Positions 9,806-18,503 of a stretch of DNA of 49,482 bases are shown here, in pieces. Source of the DNA: an uncultured Planctomycetaceae bacterium (GTDB lineage: Bacteria; Planctomycetota; Phycisphaerae; UBA1845; UTPLA1); the NCBI GenBank assembly GCA_964611695.1, contig CAZTAR010000001.1:1-49482 (forward strand), read 5' to 3'. The notes beneath the pieces are model-generated. The model made no database searches. It was not told where the DNA came from and saw only the letters and a program-made list of their open reading frames with translations. A program made the position numbers and the translations under genes. How positions within the stretch are numbered: the stretch's first letter is position 1; the number at the start of each line of letters is the position of its first letter.

Positions 9806-10407
9806 ATCATTCGGGCAATTCAATCACAGCCGGGTGTGTATCTCGGCCCCATGGAGCTGACTCTCCTGACGGAGGAGGAGAGCCTCCTCGATACGGCCAA
9901 TCTCGCAGCCCGGATCTACACACTGCGCAAGGCACATTGTGAGACGAAAGAGATCGCGCATTTCTTCCTCACGCCTGATACCGGGAGCATCGCGCTGACT
10001 TGGCCCGCACACCTGACGTGGATGTCGCTCGATGTGCTGCCAGTAGCCACCGATGCAGCTTCGCAAGGGCCATGTTCCTCTGTACAACCAGCTTCATGAT
10101 CTGGTCGCGCGGATCGCTGTGGTCGTCCAAGCCAAACGTGGCCGCGAGAGTGTGGCAGCGAACGCATCCCCGGATGACGCAGACAGAGAGCAAGCAGAAG
10201 TTGCTGAGTTGTCATGGCTCCGTCAGTGGACTTTGACGCCTTGTTGGCAGAATAGATGGGCCGGGCGATGTTCCGCAACCGGTTTCGTCGCGCACCCAGG
10301 AGCCCTCCACATGCCCAGAAAAAAAGAGGAAAACAGAAACAGTGCAGGACTGGCCGTCGTGCCGTACCGACCGGTGGTATTCCCTGCGCGTCACATCCAT
10401 CAGCATC

Positions 10408-10692
10408 ATGAAGGACGAAGCGGCGCGGAGGTTTCATGTAACGCTGGAACACCTGGACGAGGCGCAAGCAGGCCGCGTCCATCACGTGGACCTGCCCCTT
10501 CCGATCATGCCCTTAGGCCTGAGCAGTTCCTTCTTCAGAGCATGTGGTTTCGGCGTCACCGTCGGTGCCCGAATCGCGTACGAAGAAGCGGCTGGCATGA
10601 CGGTGCAGACGCAATTGACGCGCGCGTCGGACGGCGATTGGCAAGTGGCCGCCTTCGCGCCCATGAAGAAGGAGCCTTCTGATGGCGAATGA
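10408..10692 (+). CDS. Small hypothetical protein (94 aa), probable first gene of the plus-strand operon
   Basis: Internal ATG (MKDEAARRFHVTLEHLDEAQ...) of the track ORF 10342..10692. Its 3' end overlaps the next ORF by 11 nt. Confidence 0.35.
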   Translation: MKDEAARRFHVTLEHLDEAQAGRVHHVDLPLPIMPLGLSSSFFRACGFGVTVGARIAYEEAAGMTVQTQLTRASDGDWQVAAFAPMKKEPSDGE

Positions 10693-10909
10693 CCCGACGG
10701 CCGATGCAACGACGGACCCCGCCGCCGATCAAAGACCACAGCGTTCCACTCCTCGGAGGATCGCCTTTCTCATCGGCGATTGGGCAAGAGCTGTGATCAT
10801 CATCACGGCCTGGGCCACTGCCTTGGCGGTGGCGGCAACCGTTGCGGTTCTGGTGCTCAAATGCCTGCTCTTCATCATTAATCTTGGCCAACAGGCCCTA
10901 TTTCCCTAG
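10682..10909 (+). CDS. Small membrane protein (one or two TM helices)
   Basis: Hydrophobic stretch IAFLIGDWARAVIIITAWATALAVAATVAVLVLKCLLFII. Tight spacing to both neighbours. Confidence 0.4.
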   Translation: MANDPTADATTDPAADQRPQRSTPRRIAFLIGDWARAVIIITAWATALAVAATVAVLVLKCLLFIINLGQQALFP

Positions 10910-10917
10910 CAAGAACC

Positions 10918-11364
10918 ATGGCACAGCCCAACCTGAATGCAGCGCCGATCACTCGGTCGGTGGAGACCATCATCCGAGGCCCTGACGGGATGGAAATCCT
11001 GCGCGTCTGCGCCAAGCACATCACCATCCGCCATCCCGACGGCCGCATCGAGCAACGAAAACTCAACGAGAACATCGTCCTCGTCGACGGCACCAACTGG
11101 AATGCCGGCATGCTCTACGGCCCGAATCCCATTGAGATTGGTGCGTGTCATCTCTGTCGACGACCGCCGTACGTGTTTCCCCTGCATGATCCGCCATGCG
11201 ACGGACTTCTCCGCCTGTCCAATGCCGAAACCTGCGAATGCGGAGCGCTTTGCTGCGGCAAGCACCGCCGCCTGTGTTCAGATGGCGAGTATCGTTGTAC
11301 TCGATGCGCCCGATGGTGGTTCTGGCTGGAACTGCTCAGCAGGATCTTCTTTTGCAGGTGGTAG
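10918..11364 (+). CDS. Cys-rich (multi Zn-ribbon-like) protein with a Trp/Phe-rich hydrophobic C-terminus
   Basis: C-terminal half reads CHLCRR...PPCDG...CECGALCCGKHRRLCSDGEYRCTRCARWWFWLELLSRIFFCRW. The stop lies 6 nt before the ATPase ATG. Confidence 0.6.
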   Translation: MAQPNLNAAPITRSVETIIRGPDGMEILRVCAKHITIRHPDGRIEQRKLNENIVLVDGTNWNAGMLYGPNPIEIGACHLCRRPPYVFPLHDPPCDGLLRLSNAETCECGALCCGKHRRLCSDGEYRCTRCARWWFWLELLSRIFFCRW

Positions 11365-11370
11365 CCCGCC

Positions 11371-13479
11371 ATGAAAAACACGGCGCAAGCCAGGCAGCTT
11401 TGGCGGGTCATCACGGACCTGAATCTCGATGCCCGCCACTCGGAACTTGCTGATTACAAGTTGCTGATCGAACAGGGCCTCCTCGAAGATGACATCGCAC
11501 AGGACATCATGCTTCAAATCGATCCTCTGATCCGGCACGCGCAGGATCACCCCAATCCACTGAAGCGACCACCGAGCCAGGAAGAGCTGTACGGCGACGA
11601 GAGTCCCTGCCTCGAGCTGGGCTCGATCCTGGATGCCTCCGAGATTCGTTTCGGACTGCGGATCCGGGACCGCCCCAGGAATGTGCTGATTGCCGGGAAC
11701 GCCGGCTCCGGAAAAACAACGACCATGTATAACATCGTGGAAGGCGTCCGTGCCTTCAACCTCGCCAACCCAAACCGATTCGTCAGCCTTGTCATCAAGG
11801 ACACCAAGCTCGACTACCGCCGACTTGCCGAGGCTCTTCGCAGCTCCCTGGTTCATCTCAGTGTGCACGATCCCGGAACTCAGTTGTCACTGGCCGCGCC
11901 CGAAGGTGTGCCAGCGAACGTCTGGATCAATCTCCTGTCAGCGATCTGGTGCTCGCGGAGTGGCATAGTCTCTGGCTGGACCGCCTTTGCGAATTTGATC
12001 CGTTGGGTGCTTGCGCAACTGACCCCGAAACCCGGCACCCAACTGCTGTGGCCGAGCCTGAAGCTGCTCTTGGAGATCATGCAAGCCTCGCCGAAGCAAC
12101 TGTGGGGATCCAAACAGGGCTACGAGGAGACGCTGATCGGCGTACTCGAAGCGGCGGCGCAGGCCACGGAGCTGTTCGACTGTTTCGGCGGTCTGGACCT
12201 CGAGCGGGACATCATCCGGCCCAAGAAACACCTCCTGCTTGAGATGCCCAACGTCGCGCCCGCGTGGCTCCGGCAGTTCATCCTTGATCTTCTCATCGCA
12301 CAGTTGCTCTTCGGCAGGATCCACCGCCGCCAGAAAACCGACCGCACGGAGCTGATGCTCATGCTGGATGAAATGGATCAGGACGCACGCGCAGACGCCG
12401 ATCTCCGTTTTCCGGATCAAATGTCACCGCTGGCCCAATTGCTCCGGCTCGGGCGAGAGTTCGGCATCATGGCGGTCATCGGTCTGGGCAGACTGAATAA
12501 CGCAAGTCACTACGTCCAATCCGAGCCCCTTTACCACTTGATCTTCAATCAATCGGACGCGCACTCGGTTGTGGCAGCGCGGAACACGCTCTGCCTACCG
12601 CCGGAGGCGGATCAGATGTTTCCGTCCTTGACGCCAGGCCATTGCATCGCCCGCGAAGCGCAGGGCCCCTGGTCGCATCCGATGCTGGTGAAGATCGATC
12701 ACCGGCCGCTGGGAGGATCAACACCCGTACCGGCATACGACACCCACCCGATGATTCCCGCGCAGAGCCTGGCCGAACTTCCCGAACTCCGGAAGGCCCT
12801 CGAAGCACTCATTAGCGAAAAACGCAAGACCAACTTGCGACAAAGCAGGAGCAAGTCCGCTGAGCTATCCGAACACGCCCACAATCTCCTGAATACGGCA
12901 TCGCTTCATCCCTGGGCGCCTGCCGCCACACTCTGGAGGCGTTCTGGCAAAACCCCATCTCCGAGGATTCAGAAGGCTGTCCGGCGGGAACTTCTTCAAG
13001 CGGGCCTAGCCGATTCGGAAGAAGTTCGTTTGGGAAGCACAAACGTGCTGCTCTATTCCATCACAACTCAGGGTTGGGCGTATCTCAGGCGACAAGGCCC
13101 GAAGCGCACGGGTCGCGGATCAATCTCCCACCAACACATCAGTCATTGGATTGCCCTGTGCGGAGAAAAGGATGGGCTCACCGCTTCCTGCGAATTCGTG
13201 GTGCCCGACACCAATCACGCAGTCGACTGCGCTGTTGAGATTGAGCCCGGCGTCTGCAACGTATTCGAGGTTGTCGTCACATCGAAGGACAACATCCTGC
13301 AGCATCTCACGACATTGGCCACGTGCGAGTGTGTTCGCACGATCGCCATCGTGTGCCTGCAGAAGCGACAAATGCGGGCCATTCGACGCTCGCTTGAGCC
13401 TGAGCCGGTGGTCAAGAACTTAGGCGACCGGCTGCAATGGCAGCTTGCTGAAACCTACATGCGGAGGTGTTTCTCATGA
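11371..13479 (+). CDS. HerA/FtsK/T4CP-like P-loop ATPase with a C-terminal winged-helix plus possible PD-(D/E)xK-like nuclease module
   Basis: Walker A is RNVLIAGNAGSGKTTTMYNIV and Walker B is ELMLMLDEMDQDA. The GREFGIMAVIGLGRLNN block is typical of HerA/FtsK-type ATPases. The tail has a wHTH-like stretch (KAVRRELLQAGLADSEEVRLGSTNVLLYSITTQGWAYL), then ISHWIALCGEKDGL...VDCAVEIEPGVCNVFEVVVTSKDN. No TM segment. Confidence 0.85.
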   Translation: MKNTAQARQLWRVITDLNLDARHSELADYKLLIEQGLLEDDIAQDIMLQIDPLIRHAQDHPNPLKRPPSQEELYGDESPCLELGSILDASEIRFGLRIRDRPRNVLIAGNAGSGKTTTMYNIVEGVRAFNLANPNRFVSLVIKDTKLDYRRLAEALRSSLVHLSVHDPGTQLSLAAPEGVPANVWINLLSAIWCSRSGIVSGWTAFANLIRWVLAQLTPKPGTQLLWPSLKLLLEIMQASPKQLWGSKQGYEETLIGVLEAAAQATELFDCFGGLDLERDIIRPKKHLLLEMPNVAPAWLRQFILDLLIAQLLFGRIHRRQKTDRTELMLMLDEMDQDARADADLRFPDQMSPLAQLLRLGREFGIMAVIGLGRLNNASHYVQSEPLYHLIFNQSDAHSVVAARNTLCLPPEADQMFPSLTPGHCIAREAQGPWSHPMLVKIDHRPLGGSTPVPAYDTHPMIPAQSLAELPELRKALEALISEKRKTNLRQSRSKSAELSEHAHNLLNTASLHPWAPAATLWRRSGKTPSPRIQKAVRRELLQAGLADSEEVRLGSTNVLLYSITTQGWAYLRRQGPKRTGRGSISHQHISHWIALCGEKDGLTASCEFVVPDTNHAVDCAVEIEPGVCNVFEVVVTSKDNILQHLTTLATCECVRTIAIVCLQKRQMRAIRRSLEPEPVVKNLGDRLQWQLAETYMRRCFS

Positions 13480-13784
13480 ACGTGAAGGCATTGCAGATTG
13501 GCCTCATTCTGATCCTGATGCTTGCCGTGCTCACATGGATGCGGTCGGAGGGCAGGTACGACTTCGATATCCGGTCCGTGATCCCGTTCATGCACGGCGA
13601 GGTGACGCTGTACGACTGGGGCGGATTGGCGATCATTCTCTTCGGCCTCTGGGGACTTGGCCGGCTTCGGGACAACGTGCCGCGGTCCGACAGGGAACGG
13701 GATTCTGACTTCGACGTCGTCGGACGAGGCGAACAAGGGCGTCCCATTGACCCCGAAACGGATGGCCGTGGGTACCGGTTGTAG
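13476..13784 (+). CDS. Small two-TM membrane protein
   Basis: The ATG at 13476 overlaps the ATPase stop (ATGA). Sequence MNVKALQIGLILILMLAVLTW...GGLAIILFGLWGLG, followed by a charged tail. Confidence 0.5.
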   Translation: MNVKALQIGLILILMLAVLTWMRSEGRYDFDIRSVIPFMHGEVTLYDWGGLAIILFGLWGLGRLRDNVPRSDRERDSDFDVVGRGEQGRPIDPETDGRGYRL

Positions 13785-13944
13785 CGTGCGATGCACGGCA
13801 CCCGCCTCTCCGGTCTCCCGAGAGGATTCGTCAGCCTCTTGTCACCGGGATGGTGCCCGGAAGATCACTCCCGAGTCATTGAGAAGGCAACGGGATTCGC
13901 TGGAAGTTGAGTAAGTTGTACGTGGCTTTGAAGGAGATCGACCC

Positions 13945-14247
13945 GTGCGCAACGAACTGAGGCCAGGGCCTCGCTTTCAGATGCAACAAGGGCCCGTCCT
14001 TGAACGACCCAAGCCGCAACGGCGGCGGCCACGACCGTTCCGGTGGTACTTCCTTGCGCTGCCTTTGCTCGTGTTCGCAATCGGCTGGGTCGCTCAGGGC
14101 ATCCATCCAGCCTGCACCTGGGATGAAGTGATGGACCAACTTGACATTAGGGATCGCGAGGCGTTCACGCAGATGGCCGCACTCGGGGTTCTGGTCACGT
14201 CAGGGCTTGCGGTTCTGCGCGTGCTGCGCGGGCCTGGCGAGAGATAG
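13945..14247 (+). CDS. Small membrane protein with an Arg/Pro-rich N-terminus
   Basis: GTG start with AAGGAG 8-9 nt upstream. TM segments are FRWYFLALPLLVFAIGWVAQGI and MAALGVLVTSGLAVLRVL. Confidence 0.45.
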   Translation: MRNELRPGPRFQMQQGPVLERPKPQRRRPRPFRWYFLALPLLVFAIGWVAQGIHPACTWDEVMDQLDIRDREAFTQMAALGVLVTSGLAVLRVLRGPGER

Positions 14248-14336
14248 ATGCTTCCATCTTCCCGCTTGGATTATGCCAGAATCTGAGTGAAACAAAGTAA
14301 TGAACCGTGTCGAACGACGGAGACAAGGAGACAAAC

Positions 14337-15068
14337 ATGAAACATCCAGAGAACACACCATGCCTCCAGTCCGGAACTAGTGAGGAGGATGATCCGTCCG
14401 CAAGAGTTGTTTCCCACGAAAGCGAGGAACCCGAATCGCTACTCACCAAAACTGAGGATCTCTTCGCTGACAACGATCCTGAAGATGGTCTGTTCGGCCA
14501 TATCAGTTCCGTCCTCGGCGATCTTGGCGAGCGACTGACGCAGTGCCAAACCAAGATCGAGTCGATCAGTACGGAAGTGCAGCGCATCAAGACGGACGAT
14601 GAAGTTCTCAACGAGATGAACCACCGCTGTCAGATTTTGTCCGAGCAGTTCCACGAACGAGAAGTACTCAATCCAATCCTACTGATCTTGATCGGCGTGG
14701 CCGATCGTTGTCGCACTCTCGAGTCGGGAATAGAGAGTGTTGTTGCCAAACTGGAGGCCAAGCCGCGCTCATTCAAAAAGACGCTCCTTCGACAGTTGCT
14801 GGACGCCAGACGGGCGGACAGGGTCGAGATCGAGAGCGCACTCGCCGACCTTGGCGTCCAGAGCTACGAGCATCCAGGAGGAGTATTCACATCCTCGCTC
14901 CAGACTTGCAAGGGCAGTATTTCGTGCAGCGATTTTGCTCAGAAAGGGCGAATCGCCAAGCGGCTGCGCCCTGGCTATCGACGAAACGAGCACATCATCC
15001 GGCGTGAATGCGTGGCGGTGTTCGTCACGCGTGAAGCAAAACCTCTATGCGAAGGAGAAGAACAGTGA
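14337..15068 (+). CDS. GrpE-like nucleotide-exchange-factor homolog (divergent)
   Basis: ATG at 14337 with AAGGAG 6 nt upstream. Acidic N-terminus, then a long coiled-coil region. ILLILIGVADRCRTLESG matches the GrpE LLpvlDnleRAl block. C-terminal beta-domain signature is ADLGVQSYEHPGGVF...GRIAKRLRPGYRRNEHIIRRECVAVFV (compare GrpE qkGYklgdRvlRpAmVvV). Confidence 0.65.
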   Translation: MKHPENTPCLQSGTSEEDDPSARVVSHESEEPESLLTKTEDLFADNDPEDGLFGHISSVLGDLGERLTQCQTKIESISTEVQRIKTDDEVLNEMNHRCQILSEQFHEREVLNPILLILIGVADRCRTLESGIESVVAKLEAKPRSFKKTLLRQLLDARRADRVEIESALADLGVQSYEHPGGVFTSSLQTCKGSISCSDFAQKGRIAKRLRPGYRRNEHIIRRECVAVFVTREAKPLCEGEEQ

Positions 15069-16615
15069 TCGCATTCGACATTGGTACTGAGCGTTCAAAG
15101 GCCGCTTGTGTAAACCGGCTTGGCAAGCCAGAGATGATCCCCAACGCCCGAGGTGAGCCCTTTACCCCCAGCGTAGTGTGCCTCTCCGAAGGTGGTCCGC
15201 CGCTGGTGGGAAGGGATGCGCTTGAGCAAGGATACGTCCATCCGGAGAGAACAGCCCGGAACTTCAAGCTCAAGCTGGGAACGACTGAGAACATCCTGAG
15301 GAACGGCAAGACCGTGACCGCCACAGACGCCACGGCAGAACTCGTCGGTCGCTTGAAGGAAAATGTCGAAAGCCATCTGGGTGTTCGGCTTGAAGAACTC
15401 GTAGCCACGTGTCCCGCCAACTTCCGGGACGCGGCCAAACAGGCCCTCCTTGAGGCGTTCGATCGCCATGGCATCAAAGTCTCCCAGCTTGTCCACGAGC
15501 CCACGGCAGCCGGCCTCGCCTACGCTCTTGATAAGTCGGGTAGCACCCTTCACATTGCAGTCTATGACTTTGGAGGGGGAACGTTCGACGTCTCTATCCT
15601 GAAGGTCGAAGGTCCCCAGATAAGCGTTCTCGCAACAGAGGGTGTTGCCCAACTTGGGGGCAACGACATCAACGCCTGCCTGCGTCGCCACATCCTGAAT
15701 GAGATCAAGGTGCGCACCGGCGAAGACATTACCCTGGGACAAGATTCTCTATTCGACATGGATCTTGATACGCGCGTGGAAGCCGCCAAGCTCTCACTCG
15801 GCACAAGGCCACAAGTGCCTGTCGCGATCCACCGCAATGGAAATCAGCTGATCGTGGACATCAGCCAGGATCAACTTCACCGAATGATCGATCCACTCAT
15901 TCGACAAACGCTCGACGCACTCGATCACGCCATCGATGCAGCCGGGCTTAAGGCGGATCAGGTCCAGGACATCCTAATGGTAGGTGGTACTTCTCGCCTC
16001 AAGCACATTCAGGGCCAGGTGGCTAAGCACATCGGTAAGGCGCCGAAAATCGACATCGACCCCGACAAGGCTGTAGCCTACGGCGCCGCCATCGCCAGCC
16101 TCAATGAGTTGTACCGCCAGGGCAAGACTGCCACCATCCGTGGCCAGATCATCCCTTCACCGGACCTGTTCGTACGAGAGGTCACTGCACACGCAGTCGG
16201 TTGCTGTGTCGTGGACACATCCGGCCCCCAGCGGCGCATGCTCAACGCAGCGATCATTGCAAAGAACACACAGATCCCCTGCCGCAAGACCGATCGGTTC
16301 TACCTCGAGCGAGCGGATCAGGCGCACGCCAAGGTTGAGATCCTCCAAGGTGAGCCGGATGCGGACCGAGATGAATGCCTCGTCATCGGCGAGCTTCTCT
16401 TGGAGAACCTACCATCCGAACCCAATCGCTCGGCCCGCATCCAAATCGAGTACTCCATCGACGGCAATGGCATGGTCACGGCCACGGCAACCGACATTGT
16501 GAGCGGACAGATCAGGACTGTCTCCGTGGACTACAAGAGGGATGCCTCTTCACCAGGCGCATCGACGAACACCGGCGGCAAAACAACTGTCACCATCAAT
16601 AAGGAGGTCGCCTGA
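15065..16615 (+). CDS. Hsp70-family ATPase, non-canonical and lacking the helical lid (HscC-like length)
   Basis: Motifs VIAFDIGTERS, VHEPTAAGLAY, YDFGGGTFDVSIL, MVGGTSRLKHIQ and DPDKAVAYGAA. Beta-sandwich SBD motifs are REVTAHAVG, VEILQGE and IEYSIDGNGMVTATATD. The protein ends about 516 aa with a short Ser/Thr/Gly tail. The GTG at 15065 has AAGGAG 7 nt upstream and overlaps the upstream stop (GTGA). An alternative ATG lies at 15047. Confidence 0.9.
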   Translation: MIAFDIGTERSKAACVNRLGKPEMIPNARGEPFTPSVVCLSEGGPPLVGRDALEQGYVHPERTARNFKLKLGTTENILRNGKTVTATDATAELVGRLKENVESHLGVRLEELVATCPANFRDAAKQALLEAFDRHGIKVSQLVHEPTAAGLAYALDKSGSTLHIAVYDFGGGTFDVSILKVEGPQISVLATEGVAQLGGNDINACLRRHILNEIKVRTGEDITLGQDSLFDMDLDTRVEAAKLSLGTRPQVPVAIHRNGNQLIVDISQDQLHRMIDPLIRQTLDALDHAIDAAGLKADQVQDILMVGGTSRLKHIQGQVAKHIGKAPKIDIDPDKAVAYGAAIASLNELYRQGKTATIRGQIIPSPDLFVREVTAHAVGCCVVDTSGPQRRMLNAAIIAKNTQIPCRKTDRFYLERADQAHAKVEILQGEPDADRDECLVIGELLLENLPSEPNRSARIQIEYSIDGNGMVTATATDIVSGQIRTVSVDYKRDASSPGASTNTGGKTTVTINKEVA

Positions 16616-17346
16616 TGTACGACAACGCCGTACGGAGGACACTCACGAGTGTGCAGTCGATGCCTGTAGCTCTGGTGATGATGATCGTCTCAGGTATCAC
16701 GCGCTTCCTCGACGAACTCTTTGGCCAGATCGATGGTTGTGGGGAGGCGGAAGAACTGGGATATCGAGGTCGACCAGACGGCCCCTGCGATTGCGTGGTT
16801 CTTATCGATGCTTCACCTTCGATGATGGAGGCGGATTGGAAGCCGACGCGCTTGCGTGGAGCCAAGGACGCAGCCAAGGCCTATGGCAAGAGGATTGCCC
16901 GGAATGACCCGGAATCTCGCATTGCCATCGTCGCCTATGCGGCATTCGCTCGAAAGGCCATTGGGCTCACGGCCGCCCACCAGTGTGCCAAGCTCTGCGA
17001 CGCGATTGATCAGATTGACACATTCAGTGCCACGAACATCACATCGGCCCTGAAGAAAGCCAATCGCCTCCTCCGGAAAGGACGTGGAAACCACCAGGTC
17101 ATCCTGCTGACGGATGGTCACCACAACTTCGGTGTTTCCCCGCGACGAGCCGCTGCAAAGCTGAGGCGGCACGCGATCCTCGAATGCGTAGGCATCGGCG
17201 GCCGGGAGGGAGTTGACGAGGAGCTTCTCAGGGCCATCGCTTCGACCAGGCGAGATGGGACAAAGCGATACCGCTGGATTGGTGACCCCGAAGACTTGAT
17301 CGAACACTTCGAGAATCTCGCAGAAAGGATTACTAGACAGGCATGA
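16615..17346 (+). CDS. von Willebrand factor A (vWA) domain protein with a complete MIDAS and a hydrophobic N-terminal helix
   Basis: VVLIDASPSMM (DxSxS), SATNITSAL (Thr) and VILLTDGHHN (Asp). N-terminal MPVALVMMIVSGITRFL. AAGGAGG lies 7 nt upstream, and the start overlaps the Hsp70 stop (TGATG). Confidence 0.85.
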   Translation: MYDNAVRRTLTSVQSMPVALVMMIVSGITRFLDELFGQIDGCGEAEELGYRGRPDGPCDCVVLIDASPSMMEADWKPTRLRGAKDAAKAYGKRIARNDPESRIAIVAYAAFARKAIGLTAAHQCAKLCDAIDQIDTFSATNITSALKKANRLLRKGRGNHQVILLTDGHHNFGVSPRRAAAKLRRHAILECVGIGGREGVDEELLRAIASTRRDGTKRYRWIGDPEDLIEHFENLAERITRQA

Positions 17347-17639
17347 TCGTCACAACCAACATTTTGGCCTTTCCGCTTGTTGTCCTGATCTGGCTCGTCG
17401 ACACGTACGTTTGCCTGCTGGGTGCGCGGATGTGCTTGCAGCACTCCTCTGCGGATTGGGCGCGCCGTGTGACGCTGCTTCTGCGGGAAGCCACTGATCC
17501 CGTGATGAAGGGCGTACACCGTCGTCTATCCACTTGGCGTGGCAGGACTGTGCCCTCGTGGGTCACGTGGCTTTCCGTGATCCTGGGAGCACTGCTCCTG
17601 CGTCACCTGCTCATTCTTCTTCTCCTCCGCATGAACTGA
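17343..17639 (+). CDS. YggT/Ycf19-like small integral membrane protein
   Basis: ATGA overlap with the vWA gene. Two TM helices flank REATDPVMKGVHRRLSTW...VPSWVTWLSVIL, which resembles the YggT motif TePlLrPiRr..P...DlSp. Confidence 0.55.
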   Translation: MIVTTNILAFPLVVLIWLVDTYVCLLGARMCLQHSSADWARRVTLLLREATDPVMKGVHRRLSTWRGRTVPSWVTWLSVILGALLLRHLLILLLLRMN

Positions 17640-17790
17640 GGAGCCGAGGAATGAAACGCCCAACCAGACAATGCGACAGCCCCACACGAGCAGCATGTAG
17701 GCCGTGCCTGGTTGGCTCCTGTGTCGCCACGAGAAGACCCACGATGATCAAGCAGTTCCAAATGACCTTCAGCACAAAGGGAGAAATCCA

Positions 17791-18075
17791 ATGTCCGAAG
17801 AGAATACCAAGCAACGCCCTGTACATGAAATAAAGACGGCTGGCGGGATTTCTGTTGCCGTTTGGCAACGCATAGAACTCGAAGGAGATGCCCGCGAGAC
17901 CCGCCGCTTCTCATTCAGTATCCAGAAACGCTACAAGGATGACGCAGGCGAGTGGCGAAATAGCAGCACGTATTTTCCCAACGACTTGCCGCGCCTCCGC
18001 CTCGCGATTGACAAGGCCTTCGAGTATGTCTCACTGAAGGAGAGTCAGACCAAGGGCGACGCGGAAGCCGCATGA
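17791..18075 (+). CDS. Small conserved protein (94 aa), possibly PC4/YdbC-like ssDNA-binding fold; paralog of the left-edge gene
   Basis: ATG with GGGAGA 6 nt upstream. Sequence MSEENTKQRPVHEIKTAGGISVAVWQRIELEGDARETRRFSFSIQKRYKDDAGEWRNSSTYFPNDLPRLRLAIDKAFEYV. The pattern is shared with the 1..236 product. The fold assignment is only pattern-based. Confidence 0.6.
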   Translation: MSEENTKQRPVHEIKTAGGISVAVWQRIELEGDARETRRFSFSIQKRYKDDAGEWRNSSTYFPNDLPRLRLAIDKAFEYVSLKESQTKGDAEAA

Positions 18076-18104
18076 GCCCAACAGCCTTTCCTGTGTTTGT
18101 GGAG

Positions 18105-18136
18105 GCCCGCTGGTTCTCTCGGCCAGCGGGCTTTTT
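18105..18136 (+). terminator. Rho-independent terminator closing the plus-strand operon
   Basis: Stem GCCCGCTGG (18105-18113), 9-nt loop, CCAGCGGGC (18123-18131), then TTTTT. It begins 30 nt after the stop of the small gene. Confidence 0.75.
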
Positions 18137-18503
18137 CATCTCCCGTTCTCCGCCAGAAACTCCAAGCGTGGCCGATGACGTTCCTGTTCTCTATAACGCA
18201 GTTCCTTCTTATCCAGACACCTCAATCACTGCCTCGACAACGATCTTCTCGCACCAACCACACTGGTCACTCAGTTCGTTGTCGTGCATGCCCCGCCCAC
18301 AGCATCGGCAACGCTTCACTGTTCTCGCGCCTCTGCCGGCTTCAACATACGCACCACCTTCGCCTTCCGGCGCTCCCATTGCACATCCCATGGGTACATC
18401 AGTTGCCCTGTCTTTCTTCGTTCTTCTTTCATATTCTTTCCTCAGAGTCCACCTCTTCGGGCAGGCTCAGCCTCGTTCAGAGGGCTGAGCCTTCGATTGG
18501 ACA

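Noticed and set aside
9851-10099. Possible 82-aa plus-strand ORF (MELTLLTEEESLLDTANLAARIYTLRKAHCETKEIAHFF...)
   Set aside because: The first half looks protein-like, possibly HTH. The second half loses its third-position GC bias and there is no clear RBS. Evidence is too weak to annotate.
9916-10485. 189-aa minus-strand ORF in the gap between the two island operons
   Set aside because: The translation is Arg/Cys/His-rich and low in complexity, with no RBS. It overlaps more plausible plus-strand small ORFs. The region may instead hold the promoter of the plus-strand operon. Still unresolved.
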